Positions 54,469 to 63,146 of a stretch of 64,000 nt of DNA are shown in pieces. The notes below the pieces were generated by a model. It searched no databases. It was not told the DNA's origin and saw nothing but the letters and a program-made list of their open reading frames with translations. The translations under genes and the position numbers were made by a program. The DNA is from a virus. Its lineage: Duplodnaviria > Caudoviricetes. Numbering within the stretch: the stretch's first letter is position 1; each line of letters opens with the position of its first letter. Location of the stretch: positions 3,177 through 67,176 of IMG/VR virus record IMGVR_UViG_3300026059_000005; one strand, written 5' to 3'.

Positions 54469-55499
54469 TCAAAACAGTCGTGGCAAAAAATTTCAAGGGG
54501 CGCGATCTGGACGTCGAGATCGGCCCCAAAACGCTGATCGTCGGCCCCAACGGGACCGGCAAGTCAGCAATCGTACAGGCGCTCGAGCTCGCCCTGAACG
54601 GGAACGTGTCCGGTGGGGCCCACAAGACCAACCAGGGGATCCTGGAGGCATTCGGCGGGGGCGACAAGCTGACCGTGGAAGTCGGCATCAACGGCGAGGG
54701 GCTCACCCGGGTGGGCCGGCAGTTCGCCCGGGACGGCAAGGGCCAGGTTTCCCAGATGTACCTGGTGGACCGCCGCCGGGCGGACGCCAAGGCCTTCGCC
54801 GCCACCGTGGCAACCTCCGGCGGCCCCCGGGTGGTGGTGGTGGATGAGATCCTGGCCCTGACGCCGCTCAAGCTGATCTCATACCTGGCGTCGTTTGTGG
54901 GCGATGCCGACATCGAGAACCTCCAGGCTCAGATCACGGCCACCAGCAACCGGCTGAACCAGGCCCGCGCCAAGCTCAAGGAGAGCGAGGGTTATATCTC
55001 GCGCACCATGGCCGGGATTGCGGGCCTCAACCTGCCGGCCGGAAGCCTCGCGGAGGTCCAGGCGGAGATCAAGAGCGTCGAGGCGGATCTTTCCAAGGCG
55101 AAGCGCTCACTCAGAGAGGCCGAAAAGGCGGAGGCGGAGCGACTGGCAGCTCTCGAGGCCGAAAAAGAGGCGCTGGCAAAACAGATCGCCGACGCGGAAA
55201 AGAAGGCCACGCAACCGCCGGCGCAGCGGCGCATGGACGACATCCCGGCGTCACTCGAAGGCGAGCTGGGAGGAATGCCGCCCACGCAGCGCACGCTTTA
55301 CCCGGTAGGTAAAGAGCACATCGGGACGCCGGAGCCGGAGCGGCCCTACTACTACAAGCTTGACCCGATCGAGAGCATCGAGCGGATCATCAAGGCGATC
55401 GTCGAGTTTGATTGCCCAACTTGCGGAAATAGCGTCGTTCTGATGACTGCCAAGGCAGAACTGGCGAAATGGAAGACGGAAAAGAGGAGGAACCGATAA
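54465..55499 (+). CDS. Rad50/SbcC-like ATPase, N-terminal half
   Basis: KNFKG, Walker A GPNGTGKS, coiled coil, CPTCG near the C-terminus. Confidence 0.8.
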   Translation: MIKTVVAKNFKGRDLDVEIGPKTLIVGPNGTGKSAIVQALELALNGNVSGGAHKTNQGILEAFGGGDKLTVEVGINGEGLTRVGRQFARDGKGQVSQMYLVDRRRADAKAFAATVATSGGPRVVVVDEILALTPLKLISYLASFVGDADIENLQAQITATSNRLNQARAKLKESEGYISRTMAGIAGLNLPAGSLAEVQAEIKSVEADLSKAKRSLREAEKAEAERLAALEAEKEALAKQIADAEKKATQPPAQRRMDDIPASLEGELGGMPPTQRTLYPVGKEHIGTPEPERPYYYKLDPIESIERIIKAIVEFDCPTCGNSVVLMTAKAELAKWKTEKRRNR

Positions 55500-56041
55500 T
55501 GGAGCTGATCAAACAGCAGATCGACGGCCTGACCCTGCGCCTCGCCCAGTTGAAGGCAACCGAAAAGATGTTCCTGCAGGCGTCCGGGCTCGAGGTCCAG
55601 GCGGCCAACGCCCGAAAAGAAGCGGAGGGCCTGCAGGCGGAAGCCGAAACCATCAAAAATGAGCTCGCCGACAAACAGCAGGAGCTCGCCGCCAAGACGT
55701 CCAAGGCCCTGTCCGGGTTCCTGGAGCGCATGGATGCGGCCCTGCCAGAGGGCCAGGCGTACTTTATCTTGGGCGAAAAGTCCGTTGACATAGGATGGGT
55801 CATCAACGGCGTCAAGCGCCCCCTGCAGGCCCTCTCCGGCGGCGAGCGGGTGGCTTTTGATGTCGCCCTCGCCCACGCCCTGGGGGCCGGCATCCTGGTC
55901 AAGGAGGTCGCGGAGCTAGATCAAGATCGATTGCATCTGGTCATGGAGAAGATGTTGTCGATCGAACCCCAGGTCGTTCTGGTGACCTGCCACGCCCCGG
56001 AAGTTGTCCGGGCGGAATGGACCGTATGCCAAACGTCCTGA
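55499..56041 (+). CDS. Rad50/SbcC-like ATPase, C-terminal half
   Basis: RBS GAGGAGG and TAATG coupling at 55499. Coiled coil, ABC signature LSGGE, degenerate Walker B ILVKE, D-loop-like ELD, H-loop VTCH. Confidence 0.8.
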   Translation: MELIKQQIDGLTLRLAQLKATEKMFLQASGLEVQAANARKEAEGLQAEAETIKNELADKQQELAAKTSKALSGFLERMDAALPEGQAYFILGEKSVDIGWVINGVKRPLQALSGGERVAFDVALAHALGAGILVKEVAELDQDRLHLVMEKMLSIEPQVVLVTCHAPEVVRAEWTVCQTS

Positions 56042-56442
56042 TACCAGCTGAAAAGAAGGGCGGCCGACTGAAGATCCTGAACGAGGCACTTTACAAGCGC
56101 GTCGTCGAGGAGCTCCGGGAAGGCCGCCCCTACGTCATCCAGATCAAACAGGCCCGGCAGCGGACCATTTCGGACCCGCTGCGCCGCTACTACTGGGCCG
56201 TCGTCGCCACCATGATCGCGGAGGAAACCGGGCATTCCAAGGAGATGGTCCATGAGGCCCTCAAAATCAAGATCCTGGCCTACAAGGACGAGGCGAGCGG
56301 CCTGGTGATCGTCCCGTCGGTGTTTTCGGACGGGTCCACCATGACCGTGGCGGAAAAGAAAAACTTTATCGAGGAGTGCCGGCGCTGGGCCTTCGACTTC
56401 CTCAACCTTGCGATCCCTGACCCATCAACCACGGTTTATTAG
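56017..56442 (+). CDS. NinB/Orf-like recombination protein
   Basis: RYYWAVV..IAEETGHSKEMVHEALK...MTVAE...FIE...WA pattern. Confidence 0.7.
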   Translation: MDRMPNVLIPAEKKGGRLKILNEALYKRVVEELREGRPYVIQIKQARQRTISDPLRRYYWAVVATMIAEETGHSKEMVHEALKIKILAYKDEASGLVIVPSVFSDGSTMTVAEKKNFIEECRRWAFDFLNLAIPDPSTTVY

Positions 56443-56451
56443 GAGATCAAA

Positions 56452-56673
56452 ATGGCACAAACTGAAAAAGTATCTTTCGAGCTGACCGCCATCATCCGGG
56501 CCGACATCAAGGCCCGGGTCAAGTTCTACGCGAAAACAAATACAGGGCCCATGCTCTGGCAGCGCCTGAACAAAAGGACTCCCATGCCGCCCATGTTGCC
56601 GGGTGATACCAAGGCGCTGCGGATGATGTACACCGCCATGCGGTTCTGGATTCTCGCTCACAAGGACTTCTGA
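56452..56673 (+). CDS. Hypothetical protein
   Basis: 73 aa, RBS AGGAG. Confidence 0.6.
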   Translation: MAQTEKVSFELTAIIRADIKARVKFYAKTNTGPMLWQRLNKRTPMPPMLPGDTKALRMMYTAMRFWILAHKDF

Positions 56674-56675
56674 CC

Positions 56676-56978
56676 ATGTTGAAATTCTACGGGATCTACA
56701 GGTCGCCGGCCTACCGGGATTGGGTCAGGAGGCAGGCGTGCGCGATTTGCTCATGCGTCGCAGAACACGCCCACCATGAACCGCTTGGCGAAAACTACGT
56801 CGGCGGCAAGCCACCCGATTCCCACTCCATCCCATTGTGCGCCATCTGCCATGAAATCCGGCACCGTCAAGGCGTGGAGTGGATAGAGAAGATGATCAAT
56901 CCCGAACGCGTCATTATCAAACTTCTAACCCGCTACATCAGAGAACTGGAGGCAAACAATGGTCGAAAGATTAGATGA
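56676..56978 (+). CDS. HNH-like (DUF968/Ref-type) nuclease
   Basis: RS.AYRDWVR...CAIC...AHH...IPLCAICH..RH. Confidence 0.75.
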   Translation: MLKFYGIYRSPAYRDWVRRQACAICSCVAEHAHHEPLGENYVGGKPPDSHSIPLCAICHEIRHRQGVEWIEKMINPERVIIKLLTRYIRELEANNGRKIR

Positions 56979-58692
56979 GGCCCAGCTGGCCGCGGTGACT
57001 ACCGAAAGCAAGCTTGCCATGGTGGTCGCCGGCGCCGGCGCCGGAAAAACGCGAGTGCTGGTGGAAAGGATCGCTTACCTGGTGGAAAAGCACAAGGTCC
57101 AGCCCGCGGAGATCCTGGCCATGACCTTTACGAGGAAGGCCGCCCAACAGATGCGTGACCGCCTCGAGGGCCGGCTGGGGAATAAGGCTCACGGCGTCAC
57201 CATCGGCACGATCCACTCCCTGGCCCTCAAATACGTCAAGATGTTTGGCGACCGCCTGGGCCTTCGATCTGACAAGGTTTCAGTTTATGGCCCCTGGGAG
57301 GAGGCATTCCTTCTGAAGGACACGGCCAGGCGGACCAAGACCCGCGGACCACTCACGGTCATGGAGGAATATTACAAGCACGGCATCCCGCCGGCGGACG
57401 ATCACCCGCAAAAGCGCCTGTTTGACGTTTTCATGCACTTGTTGCGGCAGAACAACGCGGTCACCTACGGGATGCTGATCGTCGCGATGGGCCTGCTGGT
57501 GGAAGACATCGTCAAGCGGCAGATCCATCACCTGCTGGTCGACGAGGTCCAGGACATCGACCCGGCGCAATGGGCAATCATCTACGGGATCCGCACCGCC
57601 AACCCGGACATCTCGGTGTTCATCGTCGGCGACATCGACCAGTCGATCTATGAGTGGCGGGGGGCCGCGCCTGAAACCATGCTGACGCTCGATCAGGTCT
57701 ACCAGGTCTACAAGCTTGAAACCAATTACCGATCGCGTCCCGAAATCGTCGAGGCAGCCGACCGCCTGATCCAGCACAACATCCGCCGGATCCCCAAGAG
57801 GATGGTCCCGCACCGGGAGGTCAATAAGAAGTTGCCAGCCCTGCAGGTGCTAAGCGGAATTGATTCGGCCACCGCGGCCGGGCTGATCGCGGAGATGCAT
57901 AAGGAGGGCTCGAGCGTCGCGATCCTGGGCCGCACCCACTTCCTGCTGGTCAAGCTTTCCCAGGAGCTCGAGAAGCTCAATGTCCCGCACCACTACTGCG
58001 GACGCGAGGGCAAACTTCTTCAGAGCGAGCCCTTCCGGCGGTCCCACGCCATCCTGCAGCTGCTGAACAACCGGTATGATAATTTCAGTTTTGCGCTGGC
58101 GCGTGAAATCCTTTTGGTCACCGATGGCCAGTACACCAACCTGATGGCGCGTGCGGCCGAATCCGGAGTGTCACATCTCGAGGCCTGGCTAACCAACTGC
58201 GAATTGAAATGGGCGACCTTCTTTGAGCTGGGCGCCAGGAGCACGCTAAGCGAAATCGTGGGGGTGGTCCATGGACTAGTAGACGGTACCGGATACGACG
58301 TCGCGATGTCGCTCCAGCTGGCGGCCTCCATGGGCGAAAAGGGCATGACGCTCGAGGAATACCTCGAGTGGGTTGCGACCTACGACATCCAGGAAGATGT
58401 CAAGGCCGATCTCGACGGCGTTCAGCTGATGACGATCCACGCCGCCAAGGGCCTCGAGTTCCCCACCGTGCTCCTGGTGGGCTGGAATGAGGGTCTGCTG
58501 CCGTCCTCTCAGTCGATTCCGGACGAGATCGAGCAAGAGCGCCGGCTGGCCTATGTGGCGCTCACCCGGGCCGAAAATGTATCGTATGTGACCACGCGGC
58601 CTGAGTCGTCAGAGGACAAGCGCGGCAGGGTATACGTCAACCCGCCAAGTAGATTTATACAAGAACTGGGGGTGATCGATGGGGATCTATAA
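56959..58692 (+). CDS. UvrD/PcrA/Rep-like SF1 helicase
   Basis: AGAGAGKT, MTFTRKAA, VDEVQD, GDIDQSIYEWRGA, LETNYRS, MTIHAAKGLEF, ERRLAYVALTRA. Confidence 0.95.
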   Translation: MVERLDEAQLAAVTTESKLAMVVAGAGAGKTRVLVERIAYLVEKHKVQPAEILAMTFTRKAAQQMRDRLEGRLGNKAHGVTIGTIHSLALKYVKMFGDRLGLRSDKVSVYGPWEEAFLLKDTARRTKTRGPLTVMEEYYKHGIPPADDHPQKRLFDVFMHLLRQNNAVTYGMLIVAMGLLVEDIVKRQIHHLLVDEVQDIDPAQWAIIYGIRTANPDISVFIVGDIDQSIYEWRGAAPETMLTLDQVYQVYKLETNYRSRPEIVEAADRLIQHNIRRIPKRMVPHREVNKKLPALQVLSGIDSATAAGLIAEMHKEGSSVAILGRTHFLLVKLSQELEKLNVPHHYCGREGKLLQSEPFRRSHAILQLLNNRYDNFSFALAREILLVTDGQYTNLMARAAESGVSHLEAWLTNCELKWATFFELGARSTLSEIVGVVHGLVDGTGYDVAMSLQLAASMGEKGMTLEEYLEWVATYDIQEDVKADLDGVQLMTIHAAKGLEFPTVLLVGWNEGLLPSSQSIPDEIEQERRLAYVALTRAENVSYVTTRPESSEDKRGRVYVNPPSRFIQELGVIDGDL

Positions 58693-58939
58693 AAAGATCG
58701 CTGAAATGTTTTGGTACGACTACTCGATGGAGCACGCTCTGCCGCCCCTGGTCCACACCAAGGTCGAGATGGCCGGCCTCGGCGAGCACTCCATGGAGGA
58801 GGTCTTGATTGCACTCCTGAAATGGATGCAAGCCCGGCAATCAACTGGACCGCTCCGCGACCTGCGGCTGGTCCGCAACCAGACTGCGCAAGCCGCGGTC
58901 GATCATATCATGGGGGTGAGCGATGAGAGGACTACCTGA
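58679..58939 (+). CDS. Hypothetical protein
   Basis: 86 aa, coupled in the operon. Confidence 0.55.
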   Translation: MGIYKKIAEMFWYDYSMEHALPPLVHTKVEMAGLGEHSMEEVLIALLKWMQARQSTGPLRDLRLVRNQTAQAAVDHIMGVSDERTT

Positions 58940-59552
58940 AAGATCAAGAAAGATGCATTGCAGCTTGCTGGAAGAGATGTACACCGGCCCGGATACCATA
59001 AACCGAAATAAAATCATCGCGTATATGCGTTTAAGGCATCCAGATGAAAAAATCGAACACATTCAAAACGTCTGGCATCATCAAAGAAAAGCCCTGCTGA
59101 GCATCGCCATCTTGCAGCTTACCCCAACAGATTACAGAATCCTGAAACGCGACTACATAGGAAAGCGCCTGGAACGGTTTTCTTGCGAAGGGGCGAAAAA
59201 ACAGATCAAACCGAAAAGGCAGAGATCTCCAAAGCGCGAGATTGAACCGTCGATCACGGTCACCGACTTCCACCATCAATATTCCACGAAAGTTATTCCG
59301 CCGCTACCTGCCGTCGTGGGAGAAAGCTATACCGACAAAGTTATCCGCGCCATGGCCGCGACAATCAAACAGCTGCGCCTTGAGATCGCGGAGCTGCTTG
59401 ATGAAAGGTCGAAAAGCCTCGCGGTGATTCACGAAGCAAGCGCCGCGGTAGCGCGATCCAAAGAAAGTGTTTTGGCCTGCAGCAGGCTCCCGCCCGGAAT
59501 CGACTTAGAGGAGCTCGGTGTAACCGTTGAACCAATGGAGGTGGTGTTGTGA
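58923..59552 (+). CDS. Hypothetical protein with C-terminal coiled coil
   Basis: 209 aa, coupled in the operon. Confidence 0.6.
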   Translation: MRGLPERSRKMHCSLLEEMYTGPDTINRNKIIAYMRLRHPDEKIEHIQNVWHHQRKALLSIAILQLTPTDYRILKRDYIGKRLERFSCEGAKKQIKPKRQRSPKREIEPSITVTDFHHQYSTKVIPPLPAVVGESYTDKVIRAMAATIKQLRLEIAELLDERSKSLAVIHEASAAVARSKESVLACSRLPPGIDLEELGVTVEPMEVVL

Positions 59553-59800
59553 AAAAAAACCATGGGCCGTTGTTTACGTTCCATCCGGATGGCAGGATCA
59601 CTTCAGAAAAGTGGCTCTTGACCATCGAAGAGGCGTCCTACGCCCTGGGGTATAAAAAAGAGTACCTGCAGAAACAGGTGATGCCGTCGGCAAAAAAGGG
59701 TTTCGCCATTCAGCCGGTGCGGATCGGAAAGCAAGTCAGGTTCCGCCTGCTGGACATTGTCAACTATTTGAAGGAGAGGGAGGATGCCGTACCCAAGTAG
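59549..59800 (+). CDS. Excisionase-like HTH (HTH_17/AlpA-type) protein
   Basis: LLTIEEASYALGYKKEYL...PVRIGKQVRFRLLDIVNYL. Confidence 0.8.
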   Translation: MKKNHGPLFTFHPDGRITSEKWLLTIEEASYALGYKKEYLQKQVMPSAKKGFAIQPVRIGKQVRFRLLDIVNYLKEREDAVPK

Positions 59801-60338
59801 GCCAAAGGAATTCGACAACCCAAAAAAATCCAGATGGAATGCCGGGTTATTAACCGTGATGCAAGAGGCCCAGTCTACAGGCGGACGTTCCAGGGATGGG
59901 TTGCAATTCGCGGTCGAACAACTTCAAAAACCAGTATCTAATTTTTTTGCGACAGGGAGGTTTATGGAAATTGCAGCGAAAGAATTGAAAGCGATTTCAG
60001 ACGAGGTCAAGGAATGTACCGAAACTTTGAAAACATCCTACAATGACGTCAGAACGGCATTCGGTATGCTGGAACCAAATCTGTTGGATACCATACAAAA
60101 GATCAGGGCTTTTAGGCAGAACATCACCATAGAATTCAATAAATCCCTGAAAGAGATGCAGGATGTGCGCAAATTTTTTCTTGAAAAGGACTACAAGGAG
60201 GAGGTCGAACGGCTGGAGAGGTTCGCCACCATAGCAGAACGAATCAAGGTGCTCATGGACGATGGCACGCTGGAGGCGATATCCGATGTGATGCTGAAGT
60301 TATCTGTCAAAAAAGGAGATCCAGATGGGCGCACTTAA
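59784..60338 (+). CDS. Coiled-coil hypothetical protein
   Basis: 184 aa, helical heptads. Confidence 0.65.
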   Translation: MPYPSRPKEFDNPKKSRWNAGLLTVMQEAQSTGGRSRDGLQFAVEQLQKPVSNFFATGRFMEIAAKELKAISDEVKECTETLKTSYNDVRTAFGMLEPNLLDTIQKIRAFRQNITIEFNKSLKEMQDVRKFFLEKDYKEEVERLERFATIAERIKVLMDDGTLEAISDVMLKLSVKKGDPDGRT

Positions 60339-61083
60339 AGGCAAGGCATTGCGTCGAGCGATGGCGACCAAAGATGCACACCGGTTGAGCAATAAGATTC
60401 CGTTGATCCAAGATACGACTGAACTGGTTACGCCAGAAATGGCCGAAAAACTTCTACGCGCCAACACCAACAACAGGCCGATCAACTGGAATAAAGTCGA
60501 AGAATACCGCAAGATGATGGAGGCCGGAACCTGGAAATTCCACGCCCAGGGAATTATCCTAGACGCCAAGGGGAATATTCTTACTGGACAAAAGAGGTTG
60601 TGGGCGATCGTGTATAGCGGAATTCCGCAATATTTGAGGATCAGCCGCGGCAGCCCTGCTGATACGGCGAGCTTGATAGACCGCGGCACTCCACAAAGCA
60701 GCAGGGATTTGGCGTCAAGGATTTCAGATAGAAGGCACTCTCCTGTCGAAGTTAGCATCATAAGGGCGACCATGGCGGCGGCCGGTAACAGCAAGCCCAC
60801 GACTGATCAAATAGCTGACCAGCTTGCTCGGAACGCGGACATACTCGCGGTTATCATGCAACAGACCAAGGGAATAAAAAAAACAAAAGAGCTGCTTATG
60901 ATTCTTGGTGCGTTTATTTTTCTTAAAAACGCCGGTCGGCTTGGAGAGCTTGAACAACTTGGCGCGAAGCTATCAAAAAAAATGGACCCGATTAAAGTGG
61001 ATGCGTGCTGGAATAAGGGCGCAGCGTTTATACTCGCGATGGAGAAGGCCGTATCTGTCGTAGACAGGGGGGGCAATGATTAG
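60325..61083 (+). CDS. ParB-like N-terminal domain phage protein
   Basis: VTPEMAEKLL..N.NNRP....V..Y...M..G.W......I..D..G.ILTGQKRLWAIV..G...IDRG..QS..D; the usual DGQHRL is TGQKRL here. Confidence 0.7.
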   Translation: MGALKGKALRRAMATKDAHRLSNKIPLIQDTTELVTPEMAEKLLRANTNNRPINWNKVEEYRKMMEAGTWKFHAQGIILDAKGNILTGQKRLWAIVYSGIPQYLRISRGSPADTASLIDRGTPQSSRDLASRISDRRHSPVEVSIIRATMAAAGNSKPTTDQIADQLARNADILAVIMQQTKGIKKTKELLMILGAFIFLKNAGRLGELEQLGAKLSKKMDPIKVDACWNKGAAFILAMEKAVSVVDRGGND

Positions 61084-61708
61084 ACACCCACCGCGTAAAC
61101 CAAGTGAGTATTTGATAGCCCCGGCAGGTGGACCGGTTCCTGATCCGAAACGAAACCCCACCCGTACGGATTCGATCGAGGTCCGCCTGGATCCCCAGGA
61201 CATCAAGTTCGCAGACTGGGTGGAGGAAGAGCGCCACAAGATCTTTTCCCATCCTGGCCGGATGGGGATCAAAAAAGAGTTCCAGCGCGAAGCGCACCAC
61301 ATCGGAGCCCGCTGCGAGGTGGCACTCAACAAGTGGATGAATATTTATTACAACGGGACGATCGGAGTGTTTGATCGCGGAGATTGCGGCAACTGGTTCG
61401 AGTCCCGCGGCTCGAAGCATTTTCATATGTGCCTACGCTTAGACCCGTTGCGCAATCCAGAAAAAGAGCCGGGCGACTGGCCTAACAAGATTTATGTCGC
61501 CATATGCCTGAAGAGGCCGGATCTAGCTCTTCTGCTGGGCTGGTGCTGGGGATCTTTTGTACAAGATCACCCGGAGCTCTTCAGTAAAAAGGGCCTTGAC
61601 CGGGATTTCCCGTCCTGGTGGATTCCCCAGGATTTGCTCGAATCACCGGAGCTGCTGGAACAATTCCGCCATGTGCCCAGGCTGCCGGGCATGGACAAGG
61701 ATCCTTGA
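61076..61708 (+). CDS. PD-(D/E)xK-like hypothetical protein
   Basis: GARCEVAL...D.G...ESR...LLGWCWG...WIPQ..L resembles a phage nuclease-fold family; catalytic residues uncertain. Confidence 0.45.
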   Translation: MIRHPPRKPSEYLIAPAGGPVPDPKRNPTRTDSIEVRLDPQDIKFADWVEEERHKIFSHPGRMGIKKEFQREAHHIGARCEVALNKWMNIYYNGTIGVFDRGDCGNWFESRGSKHFHMCLRLDPLRNPEKEPGDWPNKIYVAICLKRPDLALLLGWCWGSFVQDHPELFSKKGLDRDFPSWWIPQDLLESPELLEQFRHVPRLPGMDKDP

Positions 61709-61749
61709 AAAAGGGGTGAAATATTCCAGGTACCTGTAATCATTAACAT

Positions 61750-61786
61750 AAAATAGCCTGGTGGCAACCTGCTGCCAGGCTATTTT
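61750..61786. terminator. Bidirectional intrinsic terminator
   Basis: AAAATAGCCTGG ... CCAGGCTATTTT, a perfect 12-bp inverted repeat with A/T tracts on both sides. Confidence 0.85.
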
Positions 61787-61835
61787 GCTTCCAAAACCAA
61801 TTATAACTATCCGATATCACTCCGGATAATACCTG

Positions 61836-61864
61836 TTGACTTGCCGGCTATAATATAGTATAAT
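61836..61864 (+). promoter_or_regulatory. Near-consensus sigma70 promoter
   Basis: TTGACT-N17-TATAAT. Confidence 0.85.
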
Positions 61865-61931
61865 GATATCAGATGGTTGGGATATTTCCAACCGATTGGG
61901 GATCTTTGACAACTGGCAAGGGAGGTGTGGT

Positions 61932-62108
61932 ATGGCGGATGTGGTATGGGCTTTCATCGAGAGGATTGGCAAGTGGAAGCCGATCGAAAACGGGAAATTC
62001 AGAATCATCAACCGCGGTAAGCACAAGGGGTGGTTCCTGGTCCGATACATGGTCGGCAAGAACCGCTGGAGGCCGGCCCTGACCAAGACGATCAGGGTGC
62101 CTAAGTAG
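61932..62108 (+). CDS. 58-aa basic, aromatic-rich protein in its own transcription unit
   Basis: RBS GGAGG then ATG 61932: MADVVWAFIERIGKWKPIENGKFRIINRGKHKGWFLVRYMVGKNRWRPALTKTIRVPK. Confidence 0.75.
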   Translation: MADVVWAFIERIGKWKPIENGKFRIINRGKHKGWFLVRYMVGKNRWRPALTKTIRVPK

Positions 62109-62113
62109 GGTAT

Positions 62114-62162
62114 GGGCCAGGGAAGATCGCCGCGTGGCGGTCCTCCCTGGCCCTGTCTTTTT
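62114..62162 (+). terminator. Intrinsic terminator (long GC hairpin + T tract) at the convergence point
   Basis: GGGCCAGGGA-a-GATCGCC-gcgt-GGCGGTC-c-TCCCTGGCCC followed by TGTCTTTTT. Confidence 0.8.
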
Positions 62163-62167
62163 GGAGT

Positions 62168-62518
62168 TTACTGGACGTTCAGGTCCAGGGTGAGCACCGC
62201 GGCGTTGGCCCCACCGGTTTCTGTCGCCCGGATCTTGATGAAGGGGGTGAGGACCGGGGTGAAGGCGTACGACCCGGACCCCACGGTCAGGCCGGTCGCG
62301 ATGTCGGAGGCGGCCGCCGGCTCGATGAAAGGGCCCTCCTTGGTGGGGGCCGCCAGGTACTCGAGCTTGACCGTCCCGGTCCCGGTGATCGTGTAGCTCA
62401 CCGAATACCGCCCCTGGTCCAGGATGTGCCGGAGGTCCACCACTTCAGATTCCTTGACCGCGGACGCCGCCAGGGAGTGGGCCGTCAGCAGTCGATTGGT
62501 CGTGATCTGGTTCAGCAT
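62168..62518 (-). CDS. Small beta-sandwich virion protein (paralog of 62528-63136)
   Basis: 116 aa; shares ES.V.DLR.I, G.G..K.EY...PTK.G.F.E and AFTP...PF.KI..TE with its neighbour. Confidence 0.7.
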   Translation of the reverse strand: MLNQITTNRLLTAHSLAASAVKESEVVDLRHILDQGRYSVSYTITGTGTVKLEYLAAPTKEGPFIEPAAASDIATGLTVGSGSYAFTPVLTPFIKIRATETGGANAAVLTLDLNVQ

Positions 62519-62527
62519 CGGACCCTC

Positions 62528-63136
62528 CTATGCGACGTTCAGCCAGACGTCGGCGTAGTCGATTGCGCCCGCGTTCAGCTCGGTCATTTTGATCTTCAGG
62601 AAAGGCATGGCCGCGATCGGGGTGAACGCCGCCCGGCCCACTTTCAGATCGCCGATCAGCCCACCCGTGTCGGCGATCGGACCCGGGATGGCTTCGCCGT
62701 CGTCCTCGTCGGCCAGACCGGGAACGGCAAAAGTGAAAGTCGTCCCATCCGGCGCGCTTGCCACCTTGTGGATGCCGTTGTAGTCGATGTTTTTCATCCC
62801 GGTCACCAGGGCGTATTCGTTGGCGATCAGGTTGTGGGCCGCCCCCGTGATAATGGTCGCGACCTCGCTTGCGATTTGCCTGGAGGCCGATGCGACCCGG
62901 GCCCCACCGCCGGCGACGCTCGCGATGATGTCGGCCGCGCCCTCGGTGAACACGCCGTCTTTTGTCGGCGAGGTGAAATACTCGAACTTCAGGCTGCCAG
63001 CTCCGGCGAATTGCCAGTTGAGCGAAAACAGAAACAGGGGCGTGATGTACCGCAAGTCGATTACCGGGCTTTCCACGTTGGTGTTGATCAACATGGACTT
63101 GCCCTCCCAGAGCTTCATGGTCACGATGTTATTCAT
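62528..63136 (-). CDS. Beta-sandwich virion protein with an inserted beta domain
   Basis: 202 aa; paralog of the downstream gene plus an ~85-aa insertion. Confidence 0.7.
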   Translation of the reverse strand: MNNIVTMKLWEGKSMLINTNVESPVIDLRYITPLFLFSLNWQFAGAGSLKFEYFTSPTKDGVFTEGAADIIASVAGGGARVASASRQIASEVATIITGAAHNLIANEYALVTGMKNIDYNGIHKVASAPDGTTFTFAVPGLADEDDGEAIPGPIADTGGLIGDLKVGRAAFTPIAAMPFLKIKMTELNAGAIDYADVWLNVA

Positions 63137-63146
63137 GCGCCTCCTC

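Noticed and set aside
55469-55501. Programmed frameshift joining the two Rad50-like halves
   Set aside because: No obvious slippery heptamer. The second ORF has its own strong RBS and TAATG coupling, so separate translation is simpler.
59549-59800. Excisionase-like gene as evidence of an integrated prophage boundary
   Set aside because: No integrase, att-like repeat, tRNA or host genes are seen in the window; HTH_17-type proteins also occur as general regulators.
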